Shown here one piece after another: positions 1 to 14,509 of a DNA stretch of 64,000 nucleotides. The notes under the pieces are model-generated. The model was not told the origin of the DNA. It saw only the letters and a list, made by a program, of their open reading frames with translations, and made no database searches. Source of the stretch: Octopus sinensis (lineage: Eukaryota); the NCBI RefSeq assembly GCF_006345805.1, contig NC_042997.1, positions 124,001 through 188,000 on the forward strand, written 5' to 3'. A program made the position numbers and the translations under genes. The first letter of the stretch is position 1. Each line of letters opens with the position of its first letter.

Positions 1-39
1 ATTATTTCTTTTTCCTTGAATTATGAATGCATTAGCTGC

Positions 40-800
40 AATAACCGGCTTTCCCTGGGTTTATTAATCATGACAAACACATTATAATTCCAAGTTTATT
101 TCAGTAACTTTGATAGCTTGTGTGATATTGATGCTCATTGAAAGTGAAAGGCCTACTGGAAACTGGTGTTGTTTAAATCTGAATGGCACATCTGTCAGGA
201 TCAAAGGAATACCTGCAATGAAAACATCTCACATGTCAAAATTGCTGCTTCCATGACGCGTGAAGTGTTTTCTTCATCACCTGTCGAATCCCACTGCTAA
301 GTCGAGTGGCGTGCACATTTTTTATGAAGAATGCTCATGCTCTTTCATTTAAAATCTCTATGGGGAAATTCAACGATTCAGAGGGATTCATCATAGATTC
401 CAAAGCTTTATACATAATTAACTCTCCTGGAACAAAATCCATCTGATTTGCTCTTTCATTTATTAGGAAGCGTACAGCTCATTTTGAAATCCATTTTTGA
501 AGTAGAGATATTCATATATACATCTTCTACGTGCTCATTTACATCTCAAGCTTGGTTGATGCACTGAGGGAAATTTAGTATATCTGTCATTTTCAGCTGG
601 GATTTGATCATTGTCATTTCCAATCAATATATTAGTATATACGCAAAAATATTTTGTATTTACTGAAAAGACACTCAGAGAAAATGATCATGCTTGCACT
701 CAAAGCAAACGAAGGTCTAAGATCATAACATTCTTTCAGCTATGTCAAATTTATAAACTAGTCAAAACCTTTCTATACTCTCTTCTGTTAAGATACCTAA
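40..800 (-). pseudogene. Decayed Helitron Pif1-type helicase C-terminal region
   Basis: Manual minus-strand translation gives MDFVPGELIMYKALESMMNPSESLNFPIEILN (about 452-347) and DVFIAGIPLILTDVPFRFKQHQFPVGLSLSMSINIT (about 228-121). These match Helitron helicase motifs LPGE..YKS.D..YP.EFLN and VFIPRIPL.P.D.PF.FKR.QFPV.L.FAMTINK. Stops and frameshifts are present, and the outer limits are approximate. Confidence 0.8.
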
Positions 801-1044
801 TTTAGCAAGAGGGAATAAAATGCTTTCGATGATGCAAACAAAGCATACTTGATCTGGATATCGGGACATTTAATTGCGTTGCGTTAGAGTGGCGTTCATA
901 GATTGGAAAGTACAGAATTCTTCACATTCTTTCATTTGTGCTGATGTATCTTACGCTCTGGTAATTTCATCATTTAAATTCGAGCGTGAATCTTGGACTG
1001 AATGAACAACTCGACCCCTTCCTTTGTTCATATATTTTAACATA

Positions 1045-2471
1045 CTGGCATACCTCGGCTAAAGTTGTTTCGATTTAAGTCGTTCTCGATTATACGTCGG
1101 TTTTCAAAAATAATAGATGAAAAAATAAAAATCAAGTAAAGTCATTTTAATCGATTTTACGTCTGTCCACCAGAAATACTGGAATCGTAAGATCACTAGA
1201 AAACGTTAAAAGCACGTAACATCATGTTACTCTACAATAAATAAGAATAAACGCATATAAAATCGTTAAAATACATACAGTAAATGTTAGAAAACACACC
1301 ATAAAGTAATGTAGTAGCTTAGTGAACGAAATCATGAAATCAGCTGTGTTGTCTTATTTAAATGTCTTTCAGAGCTCATATTCCATTGCAGTTCCAATAT
1401 CTACCATTAGGCGTCGCTGTCACTCGTGATTGCTCGATTTGAATTCAGATTTGTTTACGTCTGTTTATCGGCCACTTTCTCATTCTCATTCATTTGTGAC
1501 TTTATTTTATGCCTCCATGGCTCCTAAAAAAATGCATAGTGAAAGTGCTAAGTGTCATGCTATAACGCTGGAAGATAAACTGACTATGATAAAACGCCAA
1601 AGTGAAAAAGTGGTAGTAATTGCACGATCTTTTGGGATGAGTCGGACACTTGTATCGACGATTGTACATAATAAGGACAAGATTTTAGCACGAAGACCCA
1701 GGGATGAAGAACACTGTCATCAATAAGAAAAAAGGAAGAATCTTTGAAGAAATGGAAAGTCTTCTTTTTCTTTGGATTGTTAGGTTGAATCGTCAGCGTG
1801 CTAATATTAGTCAATCATTCAACAGAAAGCGTTCTCTTTGAGGACCTGAAGAAAAAATATCCAGATGAGAAAGATGTAGAGTTCAAGGTAAGTCAAGGAT
1901 GGTTCATGAGATTTAAAAAGCGAAGAAGTTATCACTCCATTTAGAAGCAAGGTGAAACTGCATCAGCTGACAAACAAGCAGCAGCGGAATTTATTAATGC
2001 ATTAAAAAAATCATCGAAGAAAACGGGTTTCTTCTGGAACAGATTTTTAACGTAGACGAAACTGGATTGTATTGGAAAAAAATGCCAGACCGTTTATTCC
2101 TTTCCATGGAGGAGAAAAATATTCCCAGCTACAAGGTCTCAAAAGAACGTGTCTTATTGGAAACCGCTTTCATAAATAAAGCGTCCGTGATGTACGGTAA
2201 ACGACGCATAATTGTATTCATAAATTTAGATTACTTTTATTTTTACTGTACTGAATTACAAAATAAAAATTGTTTGTAGGCTTAAAATAGGTTTTCATTA
2301 ACCATGTATTATTGAAAATGAATTCATAAATAAAGTACAGAACTAGGAATGTTTATTATCGGTTTAGCCTCGAAACAAGTAAATTCGGCCAAGCCTAGCC
2401 TAGAGACAAGTTAATTCAACTTAAGTCGTGTCTCCTGGAACCAATTAACGACGTAGGGTGAGGTATGCCTG
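1045..2471 (+). mobile_element. Tigger/pogo DNA transposon, internally deleted and decayed
   Basis: Imperfect TIRs CTGGCATACCTCGGCTAAAGTTG (1045) and CGACGTAGGGTGAGGTATGCCTG (ends 2471), each flanked by TA. Broken transposase has a CENP-B-type HTH (MAPKK..AITLEDKLTMIK..SRTLVSTIVHNKDKIL), then EFKVSQGWFMRFKKR and QIFNVDETGLYWKKMPDR. Confidence 0.9.
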
Positions 2472-3784
2472 TATACTGAATAACTTTCACTGAACTCAAA
2501 TTTGAGTTCAAAATTGTAGTAAGGCAGAATTCAAAATTGATATGCACTTCAGAAGTCTTTAAAAATTTTAGCGAATAGGGAACTATCCATTAAATGCCTA
2601 TTTCCATAATAAAATATCTTCGTTTGATTGTGATGGTGTATCCGACATCGCATATGTTCCTTCGATTGTATGATGGATATCTATCGCGACCGGTTTGCGT
2701 CTCAACTCTAAAAGGATGTGCCTACCGCATTGTGCATTTATTTCTTTTCGTGCTAGAATATTGTCCGTTTTGGAATGTACATCGGCCATGAAATATACAC
2801 TTCTTCACAGTAGGCAGGATCGGCGTCATTATCTGGTATTTCAGCTGAGAGAATATCAGTTCCACTTTCACGGATCTCCCACCTAAAGCAATATATGAGC
2901 ATGGGTAAGCAACATTACCGCCAATCTTTAGAACACAGATAATGGAGCCTTGCAACAATAAAGCTTTAAATTTAATAATTTTCTGATGGAAAACCCTAGC
3001 AACCACATCATGCAAATATTGAAATAGTTGGATTAGAAACAATTTGGATTCTAATTCAGTTCATATTAATTATGTGTAAAGATAATGAACACACTATGCA
3101 GATAAAATTTCTGACATAAATAAAATTACATTGAATGTATTCATGTTCATATCCTGGTCCTTCCATGAAAAATGATGGCAAAATGCTAAGCTGTTCAACA
3201 TTTGCTTAATTTTCGTTGCATCTTTTGAAAGAAAATTCTTTTACTCTTCACTCAAACTGATTTAATCTCATAAAAGTAGGATATTCTTTCTTTGCATTAC
3301 CAAAGGTGCTGAAAGTTATAAGTGAAGGGGTAAGCGTCAAAAAGATTTATTGCTAATATTAAAAAATTCATTACTTTTGTCTTGCATAAATTTTGGATGA
3401 AAGTGTTGTCTCTGTTGTTTTTATTTCAAATATATCTGTTGGGCCCCCAGGAAAGCCTTATTTTCTGTAGAGGTGACAATATTTCCCATTTCAAGGAGTA
3501 TCTTCTGTTAAATTAAAATTTTCTTTCGTGTTTAAAGTTTGTGGAAATTCGCCCCCAATAAGAAACAAAACTCTAACGAAAATATTTTTCTTCTAGCCCC
3601 TATTTGGGCAGACCTCCAGGTATTTAAATACGCCCTTGCATGACAGTAAATGCAAACATGGATTCTTTCATGAAGTTCAAGTGTGTTACAATCCATGATT
3701 GAAAAGGTCAGCAGCAAATAATATAAATAATTTCTAAGTTACTTAAAAAGCTAACATCGATCCCAATATATAACTTGTATTTTA

Positions 3785-4080
3785 TTATATCCACCCTAGA
3801 GGAATAAAAGGCAAAGATTCCTTCAACAGCATTTGAACTCAGAGCATAATGAGCCGGAAAAGATATGCAATGATTCTACGAATCCACCGCCTTACTACAA
3901 CGACAACAATAGCTAACAACTTCATTAACAATAATAAGTGTTAATAGTGTTTTCGCCTTCCAGCGATATTTAATACTGGTTTCAAACGTCGGCGCACGGC
4001 TGGCAATTTGGGGGGAGTTGATAAATCGATTACATCGACGACAGTGTTCAACTGGTACTTATTTTATCGACCCCGGCGGC
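3785..4080 (-). mobile_element. Two degraded tRNA-derived SINE fragments
   Basis: Minus strand reads TCTGAGTTCAAATGCTG..CTTTGCCTTTTATTCC (3785-3850) and GGGTCGATAAAATAAGTACCAGTTGAACACTG..GTCGATGTAATCG (3970-4080). These resemble a SINE body that also appears degraded near 40.3 kb. Confidence 0.45.
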
Positions 4081-5199
4081 ATAAGTGTTAATATTCATAA
4101 TTACATATGTTAAGACACACAGGCTACAAAAACATGTAGAGATGCGATGAAGTTGTTCAACAACAAACAGTTAAATTTGTGAAGGATTAAAGAACACAAT
4201 AAATATAAAACTATATAAATGACAGATTAAAAATAAAATGAAATATAATTTATACAATGAAGACACAAATTGGGTGACTAACCCTCACAACGTTGAAAAC
4301 CCAGTCGTCTGGTTAAGATAAACCAACCTATGACTGTTCACTTGTTATTCCTTATACTAGGACTTAATTCTCCTAGACAATTCGGTCCTTTGGCATTTTA
4401 TGCATTGATCATGCTACAAGTCATTAATTATTATTTACGTTTCTGCTCCATGCTGTGACAAATCGTTAATGAGGTCTTGACCAGATTTTATTGTTTGGCA
4501 GTATTTTATATATCATTTCCCTCTGACCGTGCCCTCTTGAGGAACGAGTTCCCTTTTGTGCGTTTTACGCATATTTTGGTTCCCATCATTGTTTTCCTCT
4601 TACTTTTCCTTCCTTTTTACCGTTTTCTTCGCAACAGTATGTCACACCGCTCCAGCTTTTATTTTCTCTCCATCGTCACAAGAGAGTTGGGAGGGTATTG
4701 TTTAGAGCGGGACATTTGGCATTTTTCGATTCTGTGGCAGAGGACGAAGCAATCTTCTCTGTCATTTCGGAAATTTTGACTCACAGTGCTGTTGAAACAG
4801 TACTGTTCAGCACCTGCAATTCTTACTGCTTCTTCTGTTGTTTGCCATTCTCAGTATCACTCTATAATCCTCTCTCCTGGGGACAGAAATCCCACATGCT
4901 AATTTGTGTTGCTAGAAGAGTCACAAATAGTCTTTGTTTCCTACATCACCAACCTCATTGATTATACTTTTGTGACAATCTATGGTACTCCCTTTAATCA
5001 TATATCATTTCCTACCCTCTTACCACCCACTCGTATTGCAATGCATAGATGACAATTAAGGAATCAGGTGGTTTGAACTTAAGACAATCTTTCTTCCTGC
5101 CAGTCTTGTGATGCACTGGGTTAATGAACTGCTGTACAAACCTATAAGCGAATGCATCTCCCAACAGCTGTTTGCCGCTTTGTTTCATCTTCGATTTCG

Positions 5200-5980
5200 A
5201 AAACCAACCATACGATTACATATGCGCTACTTTACTCGACAGATACTGTCCTGAACATCGGCCTGGACCCTCTCTCTCTGGTCAACACATGTATACTAAT
5301 ACTAACTTTTTCCATGGGAAAATACTTGCGCGAAGATATGGAGTATTTATCGTTTCATCGCAGCCAACCACTTCTTTATTATTGGACATTGGATATAACT
5401 AAAATTTCCGTACTGGGCGTGACATTTTTTGAGGTGCATGTGCAAACCTCTATGCTGTTGATATTGTTATTGCTATTGTTAAACCACTCATCAGAATTTT
5501 TCTGATCTATATTTTGTTTCAAAATATGAATGTTCAGATATCCAACATACTTGTCCATTTTGTTTTAGTCATACGTATTTTCTTGACGAAGTGGTTAATA
5601 ATCTTCTAATCGGTAATTATGAGTAGGCAGAAACATCATAATCTGTGTATAATCTTGCTTTAGACTTTGAATTTTATTTTTGGTGTATCTAGAATGTATA
5701 CTCCACGAAGCGCATATGCCTTAGCTCCGATATACTTCCACCCTTATGGATTCGTTGTAGAAATAAAAAAAAATTTAAAGCATATTCGTTCGATATCATG
5801 TGTATTGATGGTATGGTGTTTCTTTCCAAAATCTTAATGAGAATGGGTTTAAAGTTGATAGGTAGAACGTCGATGTCGATTTGAATGAACGTGCATCTCA
5901 TGCTCTTCACGATGCAAATATATTTCCGTCTCTTTGTATATTTTGTATCTATAATTTTACCAAACAATAGCATTTAACTG
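5200..5980 (-). pseudogene. Fossil Penelope-like fragment (linker/GIY-YIG region)
   Basis: Broken minus-strand peptides IINHFVKK and VCTCTSKNVTPSTEILVISNV weakly resemble the PLE CNC..CP..G.CL..NVVY motif. Heavily decayed. Confidence 0.3.
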
Positions 5981-8639
5981 AAGATTTTTAAAAAACCCAT
6001 TTCTGAGATATTGACCTTTCGAAAGGTATTATATGAATCGAAATCCCTCGTCATTTTTATTAAGAAATATACTTTAAATAACTATATAACAACGGATATA
6101 CTCATTTTGTTGTATTTTTTCTCCCATAATTGTTTAGGATAATTCTAACATTTCTCCCGTTTCGTGCAAATAATATTTACGGCTAAACAGACTATAATTT
6201 AACCAAATAAATCATTGTAAATATTCATAGGAAATAGAAAAATAAATGTAAAGATAGCAAATGAAAATAAATATAGATATTGTGATTCAAAGCATCAAAT
6301 TTGAATTTAATACTAGAGATATGTTGAATATTTATATGCAAATATCGTAAAGCACGCAGGTTTTCGAATAAACTAAAGTGATCTGATGCGCCAAAACATC
6401 ACGTTATCTACCAGAAATATATAGAAATGATATTTAATATATAGGCACATGCAAAAAGATTGTTGTATCTTTAATATATATTTATTTACATATATATATA
6501 TATATATATACACAAATTTAAATAAGCAGAAAATGGAGAAAACGTTTGACCAACAAACAAACAAATTGACTAACATCGGTTAATTATTTTTTAATACAAA
6601 ACATAACATAACTTTAAATAACACTTCTTACAGCCGTTCCGGCTGCTGATGTCAATCGGTGCTTACAAAGAAAATTCTCAAAATAATATTCGTCATCTTT
6701 ATAGCACATTCGATCTAGTACATAGAGCTTCATCGGAATGAATACAAATACAAAATACATATATAAAATAAAATAAACGAAGGGAAGAGGTAAGAGGACA
6801 GAACAGGGCTTCGAGAAGAGAACAGAAGGTTCAATATATTAGAATCATACCATTTTGCATTGCCAAGCTTGAAGTCGATATTCAAAAGTGTGGACTAGCC
6901 AATGTGCTAGAGAAATAATTTATGGGTTATATCTTTATGTAGGGGTTTCAGAGTGTATAAATAGTAGTAGGATAAAACTAGTACTAAGTTAAATCAGGTG
7001 TCGCTAATATGTCTAGAAAACGAATAGTACTTAAAGAGAGCTAATTGATATTTTTCCAAATCCAAACCCGTAGAGTTTTTATAATGGTGTACTTACTGAA
7101 ATATTCTAGAAACCAAACACCTCTTGCTCGTAATGGAACTGACCAAAGTCCTGCCATCTCTACAATTGGTCAGTTATATTTGAACCAAATGCAAGTTAAG
7201 ACCGTTACAGGGGTATTCGTAAATAAAGAAGAAAAACGCACCAGTAAATAAAATGGTGTAGGGGAGAAGACTATGCCTTAAGTGGCACGAGGCTGCTTAT
7301 GCCCTTCTACACCATCTCAACATAATATAAAATATAAATAAACTATAAAAGTAAGATGAGTACTAGCAACCAATACGGCTATAAACTTTTGTACAGTTAA
7401 GGGGAGGCTACTGATAGTGCGGTGAATATTAGTAGAAAATTACCTTCGAAATATAATGCTAAATCTGTCATCTATTTGTTCCATGTACTTCTCAAGATTT
7501 TTACTTACTGTTCAGCTATAAATTTAATCACTTCCTATATTTTAAAGATGTCTTTGTTTTGTTTAATAAATCCATTCTACCTTTCGTTCAATTTACTATT
7601 CTAGGATAAGAACACAATGGCAATAATAAACTATGTGCTACACATTTTTAACAAGTTACTCTAGGTGGTCTTGACATGCTCAAAATATCTGTGTAACCTT
7701 CCTTAAAATGTAATTGAAGGAGGATAAGCACAATTGATAATGCTGTTCTAAATATCTAATGTGAGATGACTACGACAACATTATGAGTGAAAGATGACAT
7801 GAACGTAATAGCAATAACATGGACGTAATAGCAATAGAGTTACATGTATTCAGGAGAAGCGTGTGCCTTATCGCCAGAAGAAAGGGCGAATGTTCGCGTA
7901 TTCACACGTTTGGAGTTCCACATGTTATAGACATGTAAGCTCGTAACTTTCGTGATCAATCTATAAGTGCAAAAACACTCAAAGCGTGTTACCATTGCGC
8001 ATTTCTATGCAGTTAAATGAGTATATAGTTAACGAAAGTACAGTTACTTCGTACTATATAGATAACTTTGTCAGTGATGGGATAAAGGTCTCCTCGGTAT
8101 TATCCTTGATAAAAGATATTGCTCCACGGAGTTTAAGCTAATTATATTATCACACGCCAAAGCAGATTCGTTCTGAATTAATGAATTGCAGTAGAGATAA
8201 AGCGATTTTCAACGGTTCGAATATTCAACCTACCGGAAGCAACAGTACGGTAATAATCGAAGCAATAATTTCAATATACAGAAGTAGGGAAAACAAAGTA
8301 AACCGACACAACGCCTACTATATCATGTAGGGAACACACAATCACTTAGATAAATCGACAAGAAACGCGAAAAAGAAGTGCATAAAACAATGTTCAATTA
8401 TCTCGTAACTGCAACAAAGGAAAATGAAACTTCACATAACTTTGACAAAAGAGGTGTGAAAAGAAAGAAAATGAGAGAGAATGATGCTCTTAACAAGGAA
8501 GTGAGAAATATAAATATAACTATAAATACAAAAGGAATGCCAGCTGCTGTACACTGAGGAAAGAGAACCCACGAATATATGTATATATATATATATATAT
8601 ATATAAGTAAATAACATGAAGGCATTTATGTATATATAT

Positions 8640-9100
8640 GTAGCAGTATGTATAGACAAGCATTGTGAATTATCTGTTCAGAGGAACAAGTCAAAATCAC
8701 TTACGATAAAGAACTGTAAGTATAAAATTTGAGTGTTAACATGTTTCATAAAATCTAGCGCAACAAAACGCGATTTTTTTGTTAGAGAACACATCAAGGA
8801 ATAACAAGAATACTTGTGCTCCTAATATACCTATTGGCAAACGAAATTCTGTTTGCGCACTTATCGGTGATTGTTATAGTGATGGAGTAATATGTAGAAC
8901 TATAATAGAAGAATATGAAGAACATAATATATTTAGAATGGCATGTATCCTTTGGGTTGTCAGATAAATTTGTTCATCATATATCTGAAAAGAGGTAAAA
9001 TGTATTGAAATTTCAAAAGTGAGCGGAGGAATAGATCTAGAAAACCCCATAAAACACTATCAACATTTTCCGTGTTAATTCAAATGGTATTGGAACGAAA
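8640..9100 (+). pseudogene. Fossil Penelope-like fragment
   Basis: RTVSIKFEC followed by KRNSVCALIGDCYSDGVICRTII (ORF 8779-8967) resembles PLE NTVKISYSC..CPL.GDC...VIY.ATI. Confidence 0.35.
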
Positions 9101-9129
9101 CGAACGAATTTATCTGACAACACCAAAAT

Positions 9130-9780
9130 ATGGAATAGCTGTGATGGTGGTGATGATGATGGGGATGATGTGAGGAATGATGGTAGTGGTGATGTGGTGA
9201 TGATGACAATAATGATGAGGAAGAAGAAGAGAATGATTATGAAAGAGATAATGTTGATGATGGTAACTGTAGTCGTGACGAAAAGGTGATGATTATGATG
9301 ATGGTAATGATGTTGTGGGTGATGATAATAATAGCGATGATGATGGTTGTCGTTTCAGTATTGAGAATGATCACAATAAAACTAGAATGAAACCAAGGAG
9401 GGTGGTAAAGTATGAGTAGGGTGATGTTGGTGTTGTTGACGAAGTTAATGGCGACGATGATTGTGGTGGTGGGGATGATGATGACGAGGATGATAAGGAT
9501 GTTGATGGCGATGATGATAGGTATAATAGTTATGGAGGTGATAATGCGATTGTTCATGATATTAGTATTAAAAATAAGGAGGAAAAAGGGATCATAAAAG
9601 TGAGCATAATGTGAGGATATTGTTTTTCATTTTGTTAATGTTGTTGGTGATGATGATAATGCTGCTTCTGGAGATGATAAGGTTTAGAAGGATAATGCTA
9701 TTGTAAATGATAGTATTAGTGGTACTGGTTGTCATGGAGTAAATGAAAGAATGGAAAAATATGAAGTCCAAAAAATGCAA
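9130..9780. repeat. Diverged GAT/GGT-rich low-complexity tract
   Basis: Imperfect (GAT)n/(GGT)n runs. The ORFs here are I/M/V-rich compositional artefacts. Confidence 0.8.
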
Positions 9781-9799
9781 AGAAGTTGAGGAATACTGC

Positions 9800-11150
9800 A
9801 GGAATTGTAAGGAATTAGGTTAGAATTACAGAAGTGTTACCGGTTGACGAAATTGAGAAGATCGGCGTGTTGATATGTCTTACAAGGATTATGAATAAAT
9901 GTTCTTTCGGTAATTCTGTTAAGTACATTAACTTTGGTGAATAAGGCTTCTAAACTTTCCCTCGCAGAAAGGTTGTATATGATATTGTTTCCTGTGTACT
10001 AGCTTGGTCTGGAAAAGATTTCTCATTGCCAGTTTTATATTTAATATATTCGTTAGTTAGATCGTCGATGTAACTAATTGCAAAGTTTGGTTTATCCTGG
10101 TTTCTAAATGAGTAAGTCAGCTATTTTTGAATGTCTCTCATCAAAACTTTAAAACAAGGTGACTAAGATTTTATACTAAAATCGCCTTATGAGTAAATGT
10201 AGTTATTATGCTTAATTTCTTTTATATAACAACCTGAAATTAAAACACTCATACACGCATAAAATTATATATGCATTCATGGATATATGTATATTATATA
10301 TATATGTACACACCCACACACATATAGAGTTTTTCGATGTAAAGAAGCTTACTTTTGGCTTGCTCTGCAACATCTGTGAGAATTGGGTGTTATATACTTA
10401 TATAAATAAACGTTAATATTGCAGACTCACAAGAACTTTAAAACTATGTAGGAGAATACTGTCCGATGACTGCTGTTAGTACATTCCTGATTTCTGGTTA
10501 AATTATATCGCTCGCTGTTTTATATTCTGGAACTTAATATCTGGAAAGTTAGGTAAAAGATGTAGTTTTTGATGTCCGAAACACGAAAAGGGCTTTAGCA
10601 ATGATGCATCTTGCCATTGGTGAGATTTTGTTCGTTAGTTCCCGAGATTCCAGATGAAACGAGACAAGGATATTCAGCTTACTTTAGTTTTTGTGTATAA
10701 ATAGTGATTTTAGCAACCCTTCAAAGATTATTCAGCGCGGTTTACATAACTGTATCGTTTGGACGCCTTAAAGATGTTCAATATATAATTGTCTTAGAGA
10801 GAAAGGATACAAAAGGGTTAAAAAGGATAAAAAAACCCTACTGATTTCGGCAGTAATTGGCTGTTTAGGACTATGTTTTTACCTGAAATGAGTAACCTGA
10901 ATTGAGTAACGCGAAAGGCGATGTCTTCATGGCAAGAATAGCTACCTTTAACATTACAGTTATTGAAATGCTTGGAAATTGTTGTTTTATGGAGGCTGGA
11001 AAGTTTTTGAATATATTAATCGTAACATCTAAGCTGGATATTAGATATTACCTTCTGCTAACAGGTTTTTATTTTTATTTGATGTGGTGGTTTTTTCATA
11101 TATACAACCTCGATAGAAGAACCAGACAAAATTTTTCACTGACACACAAA
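9800..11150 (-). pseudogene. Fossil Penelope-like element (C-terminal half)
   Basis: Minus strand 10979-10921 reads ISKHFNNCNVKGSYSCHED, compared with PLE HKIFNRNNVKISYSC. Further decayed GIY-YIG-like residues run toward 9.8 kb, interrupted by a microsatellite near 10.3 kb. Confidence 0.5.
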
Positions 11151-11601
11151 CATAGAAAACTTTTAAACACATATAACGTTAAAATCATCATTAATTTCTG
11201 ATTGTACAAGTTTTCTCCCAAAACCATACGCTCAGAGATGAAAGAACAGAGCTTCATTGTACAGATCTGATCATCGTCTGATTCATTGAATCAGGATACT
11301 GTTCATAGTCCAGGAGACTGCGCGTAGTTCAGGAGACTAAGTCTGAACCATAAAAAATTCCAGATAATAAAAAAGGCAGTGCGACATTATTTAACCGGAA
11401 ATCACAGATATAACGTAATTGCAGTTTAAAGAGGAACTTACGCAAATCTCAAAATGTAAAACCTGTCGATGAAAATATACATATTAAAGAAACTAGCAAC
11501 TCTATCTTCTAGAAATAGGAGCCTTTCAGTTATAATGTATTAAAGAATACTCTACATTTGTGCTAAATCCTGTAATTTATCGCTTCTGGTAAATCAACAC
11601 T

Positions 11602-11627
11602 CATACACACACACATACGCACACATG

Positions 11628-11677
<50 letters not shown>

Positions 11678-11693
11678 ACACACACACATATAT

Positions 11694-11741
<48 letters not shown>

Positions 11742-11780
11742 TACATACATAAATACATGCATATATATATATATATGTAA
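11602..11780. repeat. Compound (CA)n/(TA)n microsatellite
   Basis: Direct inspection. Representative of similar tracts at about 13.7, 14.3-14.5, 15.2-16.0, 20.1, 24.2, 26.2, 33.3, 35.1, 47.7, 49.05, 57.75, 61.75 and 63.35 kb. Confidence 0.95.
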
Positions 11781-12230
11781 TATTTAGTGACAGTTATATT
11801 TATCCCCACTTCAATGTTGATGTGCTAGAACACATAATACTACGATACTTACCATTACAGAAAATCTAATATTAACTATTGTTTCGTATAAACACTCCTG
11901 TTTACAAATGTCCATTATCACCACAGTCTAAATCATCAGACCACGGGATTTTAACCTCCTCTGGCCTTGGCAATGGTAGACATTCAGGCGTTGGAATTAG
12001 TAGCAATGGCAATATCCTTACTGGGCGTATATATAGAATTGCAATGTTTAATCAGGCACTGATGGAGAGAACAGCCAGTGGGTTTATGAAAAATTGACTA
12101 TTAGTGACAGAAGCACTATTGATACCAAAAGGTCACATTTGTCCTCACGTATCAGTAAATGTTGAGTTAGAACACATGATACTGCGATGGTTATCACGCA
12201 GGCAACTTTCATATTGATTTTGGGGCATAT

Positions 12231-12725
12231 ATGTTCTGCAAACAACTTGCACATGCGAGTGCTGCCAGTCGAAAGCTCCGCATTCTGGAAGCCAGCAAGC
12301 GTATGGGGTCATCAGGAGAGAATGTGCGCTGTTTCGGGGCCTACCTCCCGACGGCATCAATGCACACCTCCCCACCCCCTCACTCATATTATGCCCTGCT
12401 TGCCAGATCAACTGGTTATCAAATAAAACTCAGTATTCTTCTACCCATCGCTCATCGTCTCTTTTTAACCAAATCCAGTGACTGGCCTTTTCTAATGTAG
12501 TTTGAATACCATTCGTGGTGGTGTTTACGATGAGTTAGGCCTAACAATAACAACAGTCACCTCACACTGTGTCCAACAAATCCTCTACATCCGAGTTCGA
12601 TTGGAAAATGCTCCGCTAGCCTGCGTCTTCACATTCCCCGAGGAGGTTTACATAGCGGTCAGTCTTTTGAGCTTGAGCGGCGTCCATGTTATCTTCATGA
12701 GGAACCGTTAAACCGACTAGATTCA
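12231..12725 (-). mobile_element. HERO-type REL non-LTR retrotransposon, 3' fragment (endonuclease tail + 3' UTR)
   Basis: Minus strand reads LTVPHEDNMDAAQAQKTDRYVNLLGECEDAG..FPIELGCRGFVGHSV..LEKASHWIWLKRDDERWVEEY*. It aligns by eye to 53105-53607. Confidence 0.85.
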
Positions 12726-12805
12726 CAACTAAGCATCAAAAGCCAATATGAGAGTTACTCGCATAATCCAATTTCAAGAGGCGATAAATACATACATACA
12801 TACAT

Positions 12806-12838
<33 letters not shown>

Positions 12839-13756
12839 GACACACACACACATATATAATATGTGTTACAAGTACAAGCGTATGTAAATGTTACATACGC
12901 TTGTACTTGTAGTCGAAACTTCGAAACAAACAGATTTAGATGAAAATACATACGTTTATTTCCATATGTTTATGAGTACTCATGAATTTGTTCGAATACA
13001 AATATCTACGTCTTTGCTTCATTAGGTATGTGTTCGAGTGTGTTCTTTGATAAAGAATGTAATATGAAAAGGAAATCCTGGGAAGAAGATAAATGTCAAG
13101 TGTAAATACATTGTCAAATTTTAGTTCATCCTTTATGAAAAACTCAAAATGGTAATTGTTCGGTTTGGTCTCGGAAGAAGCCAATAAGGTATTGATCTGC
13201 ATTTTAAGATCTAAAAATGTGTAAAATCTATATTATATTCTGATGTATGCATATCTTATGCATTTCATTATAAGATACTGGTGTTGTGTTTGTAAGATTT
13301 CATATATTTGCATATGTGAAAATATATAAAAAAATATGTATATATTGAAACATATGACTTTATAAATATGTTAACATATTCACATAGGTACACATACGTG
13401 CAGGCTTATATATGACACATAAACAAAATCACACATCTACACTCACAAAGGCACATAAAAACATACACACACACATATATATATGTGTAGACATAGAAAG
13501 ATTTGAAGGATCCTACTATGACAAAACAGTTGATATTTATACAACGTATATTTACATGTGTTATATATATATAATTGAAACATATTCGTAGTTCAAGAGA
13601 TGGGTAGCGAATTTGGAAATACGCAATATTTTAATAAGGAAATCTGTATATTAGAATACGTATGTACGTGTGTATGAATGTATGTATTTATCTGCCAATC
13701 TATATATACAAACCTAGATACCTTTTACACACATACACACACATATATATATACAC

Positions 13757-13839
<83 letters not shown>

Positions 13840-14265
13840 ATACACATACTCATATATTTGTATAAGCTCTTTGTCTCAGATATTTTTCAAATATTTTGTC
13901 TCGATGAAATGTGGTGAATTCACTTTCCTTTGGGTTTTATACATAGCATCGTCAGTCTGCCTAGTTGTCTGTCTGTCTATCTATCTATATGTGTGAGTAT
14001 GCGTGTTTGCATATGGTCGTGTTTATGTATCTGAGTGTATGTATATATATACATGAGTGCGTGAGCGTATAGGTATACATGTGTATGGGAGTGTGGATGG
14101 AAGTATGATATGATTAAACTGTATCCTAGACTGGCATATTTGTGCACAATACATTATACACATTTCTCTTTGATTTCTGTAGAACGTTGATTTATTAATT
14201 TGTATCTAAAACAACTGAGCACTTTAGAGACTTAAATTGACCATATACTTCTGAACGTTTGTCAG

Positions 14266-14303
<38 letters not shown>

Positions 14304-14460
14304 GCACACACACACATATGTATACGTGTGAATGTGTGTGTGTGTGTATGTGTGTGTGTGCATTGCTTCATATACAGTTTCATTCGCTGTTTCCTATCTA
14401 CAACTTTGGAAGCACTTAAGCTATTGTTTTCTGTATTCGTACATATGCGTGTGTATATGT

Positions 14461-14509
<49 letters not shown>

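Noticed and set aside
4477-4961. Overlapping ORFs and a possible minus-strand exon (AEQYCFNSTVSQNFRNDREDCFVLCHR..)
   Set aside because: No recognisable domain, no polypyrimidine tract, and stops nearby in the frames I translated.
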